Source: Chiloscyllium plagiosum
Lineage: Eukaryota
Direction: 5' to 3'
DNA length: 53,542 nt
Assembly (NCBI RefSeq): GCF_004010195.1
Contig: NC_057755.1
Span: 10,325,989-10,379,530 of the forward strand
Both the position numbers and the translations under genes were made by a program. Positions 23,607 through 35,454 of the stretch are shown here, piece after piece (the stretch's first letter is position 1; every line of letters begins with the position of its first letter). The notes beneath the pieces were generated by a model that ran no database searches, was not told where the DNA came from, and was given only the letters and a program-made list of their open reading frames with translations.

Positions 23607-24200
23607 CTTGTAGTCGTTTCGTCCCCTGCCTAGGTGACATCCTCAGTGCTTGGGAGCCTCCTGTGAAGGCTTCTGTGGTGTTTCCTCCGGCATTTATAGT
23701 GGCCTGTCCCTGCCGCTTCCAGTTGTCAGTTTCAGCTGTCCGTTGTAGTGGCCGGTATATTGGGTCCAGGTATATGTGTTTGTTGATGGAGTTTGTGGAT
23801 GAGTGCCATGCTTCTAGGAATTCCCTGGCTGTTCTTTGTTTGGCTTGCCCTATAATGGTAGTGTGGTCCCAGTCGAATTCATGTTGCTTGTCGTCTGCGT
23901 GTGTGGCTACTAAGGATAGCTGGTCGTGTCGTTTCGTGGCTAGTTGATCAATCAACAAACACATCGACCTGGACCCAATATACCGGCCACTACAGTGGAC
24001 AGCGGAAACTGACAACCGGAAGCGGCAGGGATAGGCCACTATAAATGCCGGAGGAAACACCACAGAAGCGCTTCACAGGAGGCTCCCAAGCACTGAAGAT
24101 GCCACATAGACAGGGGACGAAACGTTTGCAACAAAAATTTCCAGCTCGGCGAACAGAACCACAACAACGAGCACCCGAGCTACAAATCTTCTCCCAAACA
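23607..24200. mobile_element. Second PLE family: endonuclease C-terminus with inverted terminal duplication
   Basis: ORF 23602-24063 reads QLATKRHDQLSLVATH...FDWDHTTIIGQAKQRTAREFLEAWHS..SINKHIYLDPIY. Arms ~23607-23790 and ~23948-24130 are inverted. Hammerhead-like cores at 23607-23650 (-) and 24088-24130 (+). Confidence 0.85.
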
Positions 24201-24309
24201 TTGAACATGTAGTCAGTTGACACGTCAGATTCAGCCACATTGCGTTGTGTCTGGAGACATACCAAGGCCAGACCATATAAGACTTGCAGATGTCCTTCTC
24301 TAAGACTAT

Positions 24310-25395
24310 ATCACATAGGAGCAGAATTGAGGCCATTCAGCCCATCAATACTGCTTAGCCATTCAATAATGGCTGATAGATTTTTCAACTTCATTTTCCT
24401 GCTTTCTCTCTGTAACTTTGATCTTCTTGACAATCAAGAACTTTCCGAGCTCTGTTTAAAATATACTCAGTGGCCTGGCCTCCACGGCTTTCTATGGCAA
24501 TGAACTCCACAGATTCACCAGTCTCTGGCTAAAGATGTTTCTCCCTCTCTCAGTTCTAAAGGGTCTTCCCTTTACTCAAAGTCTGTGCCCTCAGGTCTCG
24601 TTTCTCTTGCCAATTGGATCATCTTCCAAACGTCCACTTTCTCCAGGCCATTCAGTACCCTGAAAGTTTCAATTAGAGTCTACCTCGTCCTTCTAACCCC
24701 CCCCCCCTCCCGCCCCGAGTATAGACCCAGAATCCTCAAACGTTCCTCATATGTTAAACCTTTAATTCCTGGGATAATTCTCGTGGCCTGCTCCACAGCC
24801 AATACATTCTTCCTGAGGTATAGAGTCCAAACTTCCTCACAATACTGTAACTGTGCTCTGACCAGACCCTCATAAAGCCTCAGAAGTACATCCTTGTTTT
24901 TATATTCTCGTTCTCTCCTGGTAAATGACAACATTGTATTTGCATTCCTAACTACCGACTCAACCTGCTCGTTTACCATAAGCGAAACCTGGTCTAGAAC
25001 TCTCAAATCCTTTTGTACTTCAGATTTCAGAATTTTCTCGCCATTTCAAAAATAGTTGATGTCTCGATTCTTCCTACCAAAGTGCATGACATCACACATT
25101 CTCACTTTATATTCCATCTGCCACTTCTTGGCCCACTCTCCTAACCAGTCTTTCTGCTTATCTCTGTATCATCTACAAACTCAGCCAGAATGCCCACAGT
25201 TCCTCCGTCTAGACTGTTAATGGAGAAAGTGAGACGTTGTGGTCCCAACACTGACACCTGTGGAACACCACGTGTCACCGGCTGCCATCCTGAGAAAGAT
25301 TTTTTTATGCCCACCCTCTGCTTTCTACCAGACTGTCAATCGTCTATCCAGGCTGGTACCTTGCCTCGAAAACCATCGGCCGTTATCTTACTCAG
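24310..25395 (-). mobile_element. CR1 LINE 3' fragment
   Basis: EYKNKDVLLRLYEGLVRAQLQYCEEVWTLYLRKNVLAVE...IPGIKGLTYEERL. Confidence 0.9.
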
Positions 25396-25904
25396 ACTGA
25401 AGGATATTATTGTGATAGTTTTACAAAAATCATCAATGCTCATTTCTATGCTGACGTATTTTTAAAAAATCAATGAGTGTTGAATTCAAATTTTCCTCAT
25501 CCAGGAATGTGGAACCTTGTTTCTGGAAAATTGGGCTGGAGATCTGGAATGTTACTGCTCCCGACACTAATCTGTCAGACTGACTGAATGTACACATGGA
25601 ACATGGGCAGAACATGGCTCTAGCCAACCCACACACTTTCGTTAATTTGTAACGAATTGATCACTGATTAGGTTTTCTGTCAACGTGATTATCAGTAACC
25701 AGTATTATTCACTGCAAACTGAAGGTCACTTACACTCTGAGAAATAGAGTTGGATGTAAATAAATTTCTGTTTGCATTGTATTAATACAAAAATATTATT
25801 GAACCTTATTTTGTGTCGCAATTTCAGAGCTTGGCCAAATACTGGATGTTTGCAACTTATCTTTCTTCTCATTGAACTTATTTTTCTGACCAAATGGTTT
25901 AGAG

Positions 25905-26226
25905 ATGGATAGCACAGTGACTCAGTGGGTAGCACTGCTGACTCACAGCGCCAGTGACCTGAAACTGATCCCACACTCGGATGGCTGACTGTGTGGAATC
26001 TGGGTTTCCTCTGGATGCTCCAGTTTCCTTCCAGAGTTCAAAGGTGCGCTGGTCCGGTGGATTGATCATCTGTAATTACCCCGCAGTGTCCAGAGATGTG
26101 CAAGTTATATGGGTTAGCTGTGGGAAATACAGGGTTACGGAGATATAGCAGCGTGTTGGTCTGGGAGGGATGCTCTTTGGAGATTTGGTATGGGCTAAAT
26201 GGCCTGGTTCCACACTGTAGGGATTC
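25905..26226 (+). mobile_element. HE1/V-SINE-like element
   Basis: Head gcacagtgactcagtgggtagcactgctgactcacagcgccag; tail ggcctggttccacactgtagggattc as in 1636-1950. Confidence 0.8.
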
Positions 26227-26230
26227 AATT

Positions 26231-26315
26231 ACACACCACCTGGAGTAGGGTGAAACTTGAAGCCAGGCCCCTTGGCTTTAGGATAGCAACGTTACTACTG
26301 CACCACAAGAGGGTC
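26231..26315 (-). mobile_element. Short tRNA-derived SINE head, degenerate
   Basis: Minus strand: ctcttgtggtgcagtagtaacg...gcctggcttcaagtttcacc, with A-box-like and B-box-like spacing. Confidence 0.5.
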
Positions 26316-26348
26316 CTTTTTATCTTGCATGTTATAAACACCACTTGG

Positions 26349-26848
26349 NNNNNNNNNNNNNNNNNNNNNNNNNNNNNNNNNNNNNNNNNNNNNNNNNNNN
26401 NNNNNNNNNNNNNNNNNNNNNNNNNNNNNNNNNNNNNNNNNNNNNNNNNNNNNNNNNNNNNNNNNNNNNNNNNNNNNNNNNNNNNNNNNNNNNNNNNNNN
26501 NNNNNNNNNNNNNNNNNNNNNNNNNNNNNNNNNNNNNNNNNNNNNNNNNNNNNNNNNNNNNNNNNNNNNNNNNNNNNNNNNNNNNNNNNNNNNNNNNNNN
26601 NNNNNNNNNNNNNNNNNNNNNNNNNNNNNNNNNNNNNNNNNNNNNNNNNNNNNNNNNNNNNNNNNNNNNNNNNNNNNNNNNNNNNNNNNNNNNNNNNNNN
26701 NNNNNNNNNNNNNNNNNNNNNNNNNNNNNNNNNNNNNNNNNNNNNNNNNNNNNNNNNNNNNNNNNNNNNNNNNNNNNNNNNNNNNNNNNNNNNNNNNNNN
26801 NNNNNNNNNNNNNNNNNNNNNNNNNNNNNNNNNNNNNNNNNNNNNNNN
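26349..26848. other. Assembly gap (500 N)
   Basis: Run of N. The round length suggests a scaffolding placeholder. Confidence 1.
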
Positions 26849-28200
26849 TCGATATTGAGAAGTCATGGGAGCAGCCAGTTTACTGGGAATGTATTATAGA
26901 CCCGTGAAGAACTGGCAGGAAATAGAGGAGCAAATATATAGACAGCTCACAGACGTCTGTGCAAAGTTAAGAATCCGAGAATTATACGGGGGAATTTCAC
27001 CTTTCCCAACATAACGGGCGATAGTCAAAAAGTCAAGGGTTAGGGGCAGTGGATTTCTTGAAATGCATGCAGGAGAGTGTTTTTCTAACAATACATAAAA
27101 GGGATGGTGCAGTCCTGTATCTATTTCTGGGGATTGAAACCTGAGAAGTGTCCGATGTTGCACAGTGTAGGGGAAGAATTTTAGCAATAGCATCCACAAT
27201 ACGGTTCAAATTTGTTATGGAGGAGGGAAAAGACGGTCACAAAGAAATGGCTTTGGATTGGGAAAGGTAAATGTTATTAAAATAAAACAGCTTCTAGCCT
27301 AAGTTGACTCAGTACATCTCTTTGTGGGTAACTCTACAGCAGAGCAGTGGTGGGCATTCAAACAGGAGCTGGGGAGGGTACCGCTCCAAGTTGTACCTGC
27401 AGAGGGACATGTAACAGCAATATGTTCAGAGAATCCTGGATGTCCATGACAATTCGGGACTGAAGGAGAGAGAAGAGTAGGGCTGTTAGCAAATCCAAAT
27501 TGAGCAATTCAGCTGTAGCCCAACAGGAAGACAGGATGTGTAGGACGGAACTTAAGAAAGCTGGAAGAAGAACAACAAGGGGGCATGAGAAATGTCTTGC
27601 AAACAGGATTAGGGAGCGTCCTATGATTCTTTGAAATACATTAGAGGGAAGAGGTTTACCAGGGAAAGAGTAGGATCCTTTAGTGACTAAGGGACAGCCT
27701 GTGTGTGAGCAGCTGGATATTGCAAGGGTGTGAAATGAACGCTTCTCCTCAACTTCACTTTGGTAAAGAAGAACATAGGTATGGAATTCAGGAAAATGGA
27801 CTGAGAGGATCTTCCATAGTTTGACTGAGAGAATGGAAGAGTATTTGTTGGGCTTGAAACAGACAAGTCCCCTGGCCCGGGTGATTTCCATCCCAGGCCA
27901 CTGTGGGAAGGGAGCCAGAAAACTGCAGAGTATCCCACACAGATTGATACCTCCTCTCTGGCCAAGGGGAATGTGCCAGAGAAATAGAGGATGACAACCG
28001 TGGTTCCACTTTTCAAGAAGGTAGAGATGAACCCAGGAAATTACACATCAGAGTCTTGCATCGCTGGTAGGGATATTATTGGAGACAATTCTGAAGAAGT
28101 GAATTAATACCCAACTGGAAAGGCACGAGTTAATTAGAGATAGTCAGCATGGTTTTGTCAGAGGGAAGTTATGGCTCAATCTGTTTGATTTTTTGCTTGT
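26849..28200 (+). mobile_element. CR1 ORF2 remnant (endonuclease to RT start), heavily decayed
   Basis: LLGMYYRP-like, DKSPGPGDFHPR, VVPLFKK and SQHGFVRG motifs. Confidence 0.85.
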
Positions 28201-28232
28201 AATTCCCTGAGCACCTGACTGCAATTTTGTTT

Positions 28233-28866
28233 TCTGGAAAGAAGTGAGCACGGCAGATGCTGGAGATCAGAGTTGAAGATTGTAGTGCTGGAAAAACACA
28301 GCCGGACAGGCAGCATCCGAGGAGCAGGAGAATCGGCGTTTCAAGCATGTTCTCTTCATCTTGAATATGGGGGTAGCCCAAGGGGGCTGAGAGATAAATG
28401 AGAGGGAGTGGGAGAAAGGTAGCCAAAAATGCGAGAGGTCGATGGAGATAGGGGTGGAAGAAGGTACGTCAGTGAATAAGGTGGAGGGGACAGTTGGGAA
28501 GGAAGATGGACATGTGGGGCATGTCATGAAGATGGTGCTGAAGGTTAGACCTGGAAAAAAAGTGAGGGGCCGCGGAAATGAGGAAACTGGTGTAATCCAC
28601 ATTGATCCATGTGGTTGGAGGTTCCCAAGGCAGAAGATGAGGTGTTCTTTCTCCAGGCGTCAGGTGGTAAATGTTTGGTGGTAGACGAGGCCCATGACCT
28701 GCATGTCCTTGGCAGAGTTGGAGGGGGAGTTAAAGTGTTTGGCCATGGGGCGGTGGGGTTTATTTCATGCGTATTTCCCACAGATATTCTCCGAAGCGTT
28801 CTGCAAATAGGCGTCCTGTCTCCCTAATACAGAGGAGACCACATTGGGAGCAATGGATACAGTGGA
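28233..28866 (-). mobile_element. PLE 3' part
   Basis: Same family as 21569-22290 (aggcagaagatgaggtgttcttt, gctggaaaaacacagc...gcagcatccgaggagcaggagaatc). Confidence 0.85.
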
Positions 28867-29489
28867 TAATTCTGTTTCCCCGTGTTCACTGGTTTTATTT
28901 CAGCAATGCCTACTCGGTAGTGTGGTCAGATAAATTATTTTCTCAGAACGTTACAATAATATCTTGCCAAAAACACAAAAAGAACAAAATATGTTCTTGG
29001 GGACATAACCTCACTAGAGAAGAGCAATGTAAGAAAATGTAACAGCGGTGACATCCACCAGCCTGCCCTTAAACCCTTTATTCCCAACGAGCTCCAGTGG
29101 CAAACAGAACAGGAACAAACTTTTGAATAACTTAAAATCATAAATTTCTCAGAAAACATTCATTGGGTCTAGCAGCATCTCTGGGAAGAGAACCTTATTG
29201 TCCTGTTCTAAACAACGGTCACTGGACTCGAAACATTAACTTGGCTTTCTCTCAACAGTCGCTGCAGGGTTTCGTCAGTGGTTGCCGTTTTTATATTTAT
29301 TTCAGATTTCCAGCATCCACCTTTTATTCCCTTTTATTTGCAAATTCACAGTCATAGCTGGCACTCAGAGCTAAGAGAATTGTGATAGCAGACCAGGAAT
29401 TATTGAGGTTACGAACAGATAAAAGACACTCATAATCCGGTCCAGATGAGCAAGGGAACCAAAACTGAGAGACAATTTCCAAAGAGAAT

Positions 29490-30605
29490 CTACTTTGCAC
29501 TTCTTTGGCTTTGAATGATTCTGAAAACCAGTCGCCACGGAAAGATTAGCACCTTCTTCAGCTCCTCCCTGAATTTCCTTTGTGTTGCAGCATAAATAAA
29601 TGTGTTTAGGCAGGAGCTCAAAAATTTTAGCATCATTCCCGTTTCGGTGGCGATATACCCAGGGTTTGTGCGGTCCCCTCTGTTGTAAATGCTGTTGACC
29701 ATTCTAGTTGTGGCAAAACTAATCACCGCCGTGAGCCACAGCAGTAAGAAAGAGCCTGATACAGCAAAGAGGAAAATGATGGATTTCTTTCGGTTCTCCA
29801 TTTCTGGATCTCGATGATTCTTGCCATGGGTACCTTGCAGAGTGCTGCGTGCTCTGCTGCTGAACAAGACATGTTTCATTGTCATAGAATTGAACAAGGC
29901 CATGAATGTAAAAGGAAGCCAGATGATACATTCAGTGTGAAACTAGGGAAACGCAGCTCCTGGGTGTGAGGAATAAATGCTACACGTGTCTGACATCCCC
30001 ACTGCAGCTTATCAATTACTCGCTGATGTTCATAGGCAATTAAGATGGGAATGTTCTTTACCATAATCACGACAAAGAGGGTTGTTATAACCAAAACCGC
30101 AGTTCTCTTGGTGCAATACCTTGCCTTAAACCTTTGCCAGCAGATCATTACAAATCGGTCAAATGTGAACGAAACGGTGATCCAAACAGACACATCAATT
30201 GCGACAGGTGCTATACACATAACTAACTTACATATTGAAGTGAGTGACAGGAATGAAAGGGGAAAGTTATAACTCATAACATGGTGCAGCAGCACATTGT
30301 TGATCTTGAGCAGTAGATCTGTTATTGCCATGGCCAACATATAGACGGAGATATACCTGGAAAGGCTGCAGTTTCCTCTGCAAAAAATCACAATTGTCAG
30401 GGTGTTTGCTGGAAGGAAAAACAGAGGATGGTTATAATGTCTCAAATCATTGCCATGAAAGAAATGCATCATTTGACAGTATCCAAAAAATGTCAACGAA
30501 CAAATTATTTGGAAATGCTGACCAGGAATAGCAATGGCCACCAGTGTTGGGTAATAAATGGCTCTTATCAGCAGAATAACTGGTTAGAATAACTGGTTGT
30601 CCCAT
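29490..30605 (-). pseudogene. GPR139/GPR142-like class A GPCR pseudogene, copy 2, full length (exon 1 30605-30523, exon 2 30408-29490)
   Basis: Reconstructed MGQPVILLIRAIYYPTLVAIAIP|ANTLTIVIFCRGNCSL...AMAITDLL...VSFTFDRFVMIC...DPEMENRKKSIIFLFAVSGSFLLLWLT...SSCLNTFIYAATQRKFREEL. Lesions: 13-bp tandem duplication at 30573-30598, frameshift near 29970, TAG at 29945-29943. Confidence 0.93.
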
Positions 30606-30681
30606 CTTCTGGTGGTTAAAGTATTCTCTCAGATTTGAAGCATCCAGCTGCTGCACAATTGAGACAATGAATATAACCTTT

Positions 30682-30689
30682 TATTTATA
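30682..30689 (-). promoter_or_regulatory. Putative TATA box of GPCR copy 2
   Basis: TATAAATA about 77 bp upstream of the ATG; a homologous motif lies upstream of copy 1. Confidence 0.45.
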
Positions 30690-31529
30690 GAAGCTTTGAT
30701 TCTCCAGACAGCCTGCGATGAAATCATAATTAGTGTTAGTTACAAGCATTCAGTAAATAGAGTCGGCTCAGTTGTTTTGTACGTATCAGGCTAAAGAAAA
30801 ATAGAGTTGCTATTCGACAGTAAAAAGAAATAAAATGTTCAATGTGGAAATTATCCCACTGTGCTGCGCTGAAACATTTTCCTCCAGAAAGTGTGACAAT
30901 CAGACATCGGGCTTCGATGTAATGTTTCGTTTCTCACAATCCGAGAACATAAAGTACAAACAAGGAATCGATAAGAATTGGGATCCAGAACTCAGAGCAC
31001 TTAGACAAAATGACAAACTGAATAGCCATGGATACAAGCCGTCTGTGAATGATACAAAGTTGAGCGAAAGTCCATTATGTGTAACTGTTAATTAAATACG
31101 TTATTGATACAATTAGAGAGAAAACCTTAGCATTCAGATCAAGATGTCGAATCATTTGGTTCGAGATGAGAGAGTGAAGGGAAAATGTTGTTAGGAGCTT
31201 GGGCTGCGTGTCAGAGGTCATAGGGTTGACTGATTGAGGCCAGTGAGCCAAGAGCCTTCTTCACTGCTCTGTCTAATTGTGACTCCATTTTCAGGGAACA
31301 GTGCATCTGAACTCCACGATCCCTCTGTTCCACGACACACCTTTAGACCCTATTATTCACCATGAAACTCCTACCTTGATTTGACTTTCCAAAACCTCAC
31401 ATATGAAATTCTATTTACCATTTCACGGCCCACTTCCCCAGCTGATCAAGGTCCTGCTGCAATTCCTGATAACCATCCTCATTGTCAACAATACCACATA
31501 TTTTAGTGTCATCTGCAAACTTACCAATC

Positions 31530-34500
31530 ACCACAGCACAGAAATAGACCCTTCGGTCCTACTACTCTATGACAACCAGATTTCCTGAACAAATCTCATC
31601 CCATTTACCAGCATTTGGCCCATATTGCTCTTAAATGTTCTCAATGACCCTTCCTCTATAACTGCTGCTGGCAACGCATTCCATGCTCTCATAACTCTCT
31701 GTGTAGAAACCCTGTCTCTGACATCCCCTCTGTACTTTCCTCCAACCAGCTTAAAACTATGACCCCTCGTATTAGTCATATCTGCCCTGGGTAATGGTCT
31801 CTGGCTATCGACTCTATCCATGCCTCTCATTATGTTGTATACTTCAATTAGGTCCCCTCTTCTCCTCCTTTTCTCCAATGAAAAAAAGTCCGAGCTCAGT
31901 CAACCTCTCCTCATAAGATAAGCCCTCCAGTCTAGGCAGCATCCTGGGAAACATCCTCTGAACCCTCTGCAAAGCATCCACATCTTTCTTATAATAGGGC
32001 GACCAAAACTGGACGCAGTATTCCAAGTGCGGTCTAACCAAAGTTTTATAGAGCTGCAACAAGATCTCACGACTTTTAAACTCAATCCCCCTGTTAATGA
32101 AAGCCAATGCACCATATGCTTTCTTAACAACCCTGTCCACTTGGGTGTCCGTTGTAAGGGATCTAGGTACCTGTACACCAAGATCCCTCTGCTCCTCCAC
32201 ACTGCCAAAAATTCTATCCTTAATCCAGTACTCAGCTTTCAAATTCGACCTTCCAAAATGCATCACCTCGCATTTATCCATGTTGAACTCCAACTGCCAC
32301 CTCTCAGCCCATCTCTGCATCCTGTCAATGTCCCGCTGCAGCCTACAACAGCCCTCTATACTATCAACGACACCTCCAACCTTTGTGTCGTCAGCAAACT
32401 TACTGACCCACCCTTCAATCCCCTCATCTAAGTCATTAATAAAAATTACAAAGAATAGAGGCCCAAGGACAGAGCCCTGTGGAACACCACTCACCACAGA
32501 CTTCCAGGTAGAATATTTTCCTTCTACTACCACTCGCTGTCTTCTGTTGGCCCGCCAATACTGTATCCAGACAGCTATGATCCCCTGAATCCCATTCTTC
32601 CTGTCCTTCTGAATAAGCCTACCATGGGGAACCTTATCAAATGCCTTGCTGAAGTCCATATACACCACATCTACAGCTCGACACTCATTAACATTTCTAG
32701 TCACATTCTCAAAGAACTCGATAAGGTTTGTGAGGCATGACCTGCCCCTCACAAAGCCGTGTTGACTGCATTTAATCAATCCATGATCTTCCAGATGGTC
32801 AGAAATCCTATCCCTCAGAATCCTTTCTTACACCTTGCAGACGATAGACGTGAGACTTACTAGTGTATAATTGCCGGGGATTTCCCTATTTCCTTTCTTG
32901 AAGAGAGGAATTACATTTGCCTCTCTCCAGTCCTCAGGTACGACTCCAGTAAAGAGCGAGGATGAAAAGATCTTCGCAAGTGGCGAAGCAATTGCATTTC
33001 TCGTTTCCCAAAGCAGCCGAGAACAAATCTGGCCTGGGCCTGGCGACTTGTCAATCCTAATGTTTGACAATTTTTTAAGCACATCAGCTTCCTCTATCTC
33101 TATCCATTTCAGCATGCACACCTGCTCTTCAAAGGTTTCATTCACTACAAAGTTCGTTTCTTTCGTAAAGACAGAAGCAAGAAAACTCACTTAGGGCTTC
33201 CCCTACCTCCTCAGATTCCAGACATATATTCCCTATGCTATCCATGATCGGCCCTACTCTTTCTTTGACCATTCTCTTATTCCTCATATGCATGTAAAAT
33301 GCCTTTGTGTTCTCGCTAATCCGTTCTGCCAAGCCTTTCTTGTGCCGCCTCCTGGCTCTCCTCAGACCATTTTTAAGCTCCTTCCTAGCCTGCCTGTAAT
33401 CCTGTAGAGCTGAGCTTCCTCCACCTTATGTAAGCTACCGTCTTCCTTTTGACGAGAAGCTCCACCGCTCTCGTAATCCAAGGTTCCTTTATCTTACCAC
33501 TTCTTGCCTGTCTCAGAGGGACATATTTATTCATCACTTGCAACACCTGTTCCTTAAACAGTTTCCACATGTCTGTAGTGCCTTTACCATGGAACAATTG
33601 CTCCCAATCCATGCTTCCTAACTCATGTCTAATCACATCATAGTTTCCTCTTCCCCAATTAAATATCCTCCCATTTTGTCTCATCCTCTCCTTCTCCATA
33701 GCTATGTAGAATGTGAGGCAGTTGTGGTCACTATCACCAAAATGCTCTCCCACCACAAGATCTGATACGTGCCCCGGCTCTTTTCCGAGCACTAAGTCAA
33801 GAATGGCCTCTCCCCTCGTCGGCCTGTCAACGTACTGAGTTCGGACACCCTCCTGAACACACCTTACAAAAACAGTTCCATTCAAATCTTCTGCGCAAAG
33901 GAGATTCCAATCAATATTGGGAAAGTTAATGTCACCCATTACAACAACCCTACTACGTCAACACTTTTCTAAAATCTGCTGACCTATGCTTTCTTCCATC
34001 TCCCTGCTGTTATTGGGGGGCCTGTAGTAAACCCCTAAAGAGGTGACTGTTCCTTTGCTGTTCCTAATTTCTACCCATTCTGACTCGGTAAGCAGATCTT
34101 CCTAGAAAATGGAAGCTTCTGTCGCTGTGATACCCTCTCTGATTAGTAGTGCTACACTCCCTTCTCTTCCCCCTCCCCCCATTCTTTTTAAATGCTCTGA
34201 ACCCTGGAACATCCAGCAATCATTCCTGCCCCTGAGAAACCCATGTCTCTGTTTTGGCCACAACATCATAGCACCAGGTACAGATCCATGCTCTAAGTTC
34301 GTCACTTTTATTCCTGATGCTCCTTGCGTTAAAGCAAACGCACTTTAACTGATCCCTTGGTTCCTTACCAGGAAAATCCTTCCCACTAGTTGGTCTACCT
34401 CTTGCTATTGCCTCATCTGCATCGACTCTCACCTCCAGTATACAGCTCAGGTTCCCACCACCCTGCCATACTAGTTTAAATCCTCTTGAACTACTCGAGC

Positions 34501-35058
34501 AAACCTTCCACCCAGGACATTGGTCCCCTTCCAGTTCAGATGCAACCCGTCCTTCTTGTACAGGTCCCACCTTCTCCAGAAGGTAGCCCAATTATTTACA
34601 TATCTGAATCCCTCCTACACCAGCTGCGCAGCCATGCATTTAGCTGCGCCCGCTCCCTGTTCCTCGCCTCGCTATCTCGTAGCACCAGTAGTAAACTAGA
34701 GAACACTACTCTGTTTGTCCTGCTTTGCAGCTTCTATCCTAACTCCCTGAAATCATTTTTTATATCTTCGCTCCTTTTCATGGCTATATCATTAGTGCCA
34801 ATATGTAACAAGATTTCTGGTTATTCGCCCTCCCCTTTTAGAACCTTATACACCCGATCGGAGACGTCCCGGACCCTGGAACCAGGGAGGCAACATACTT
34901 TCCTGGAATCCCGATCCTGACCACAAAATCTCCTGTCGATTTCCCTAACTATCGAGTCCCCTACCACGAGTACTTTACTATTCTGCCCCCTTCCCTTCTT
35001 TGCCACAGTGTCAGGCACAGTGACAGGGACTGCTATGGCTTTACTCTGGTAGATCGTT
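31530..35058 (-). mobile_element. Near-complete CR1 LINE: ORF1 SGNH-esterase part plus ORF2 (APE endonuclease and RT), several frameshifts
   Basis: ORF1 VLVVGDSIVR...VCCLPGSRVRDV. EN FNARSIRNK...TETW, MGDINFPNIDW, DLVLG, SDHN. RT YMDFSKAFDKVPH, GVPQGSVLGP, KFADD in the 311-aa ORF 31844-32779. Confidence 0.97.
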
Positions 35059-35454
35059 GTATTTCATATGCAAGAAGGCGAGAGATGAGAGTGCACAAAG
35101 TATCAGATGTGTTTTAATCTGCAAGACAAGTAATAATTTAAAAGGTACCAGTCAGTCAGCGATTTTAAGATTGTTCACTGGAGCCGTTTGATGTTCGCAC
35201 ATTACTGACATTGACTTTATGACAGGGAAAAATAAGAAAGTATGTTGACTTGGCAGTCCACGTCCACTTCAGTGCAGCATGGATCCATCAGAATGATACC
35301 TGGCTAGCAGGGGTGCAATGATGAGGAGTGAACTGACACAAACCTAGCGTCGTATTCTGGAATGTATAAGGATCAAATGAATAATGAAAACTGGTGAGGC
35401 AGAGAGAAAGGCTTATCGACACTCTGGAACTAGGACTGGGATTATTGTCTAAAC

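Noticed and set aside
25733..25890. Possible minus-strand exon ending in GTAAGT upstream of the NACHT exon
   Set aside because: No similarity to the NLR N-terminal module, the most plausible frame has a stop, and the acceptor is weak.
26199..26899. Long ORFs of 184-219 aa
   Set aside because: Artefacts of translating through the N gap.
29882..30541. 219-aa ORF as an intact single-exon gene
   Set aside because: It reads through a stop-free 114-bp GT-AG intron and ends at a frameshift. It is part of the GPCR pseudogene.
32027..33643. Plus-strand ORFs of 64-163 aa
   Set aside because: Antisense shadows of the CR1 ORF2.
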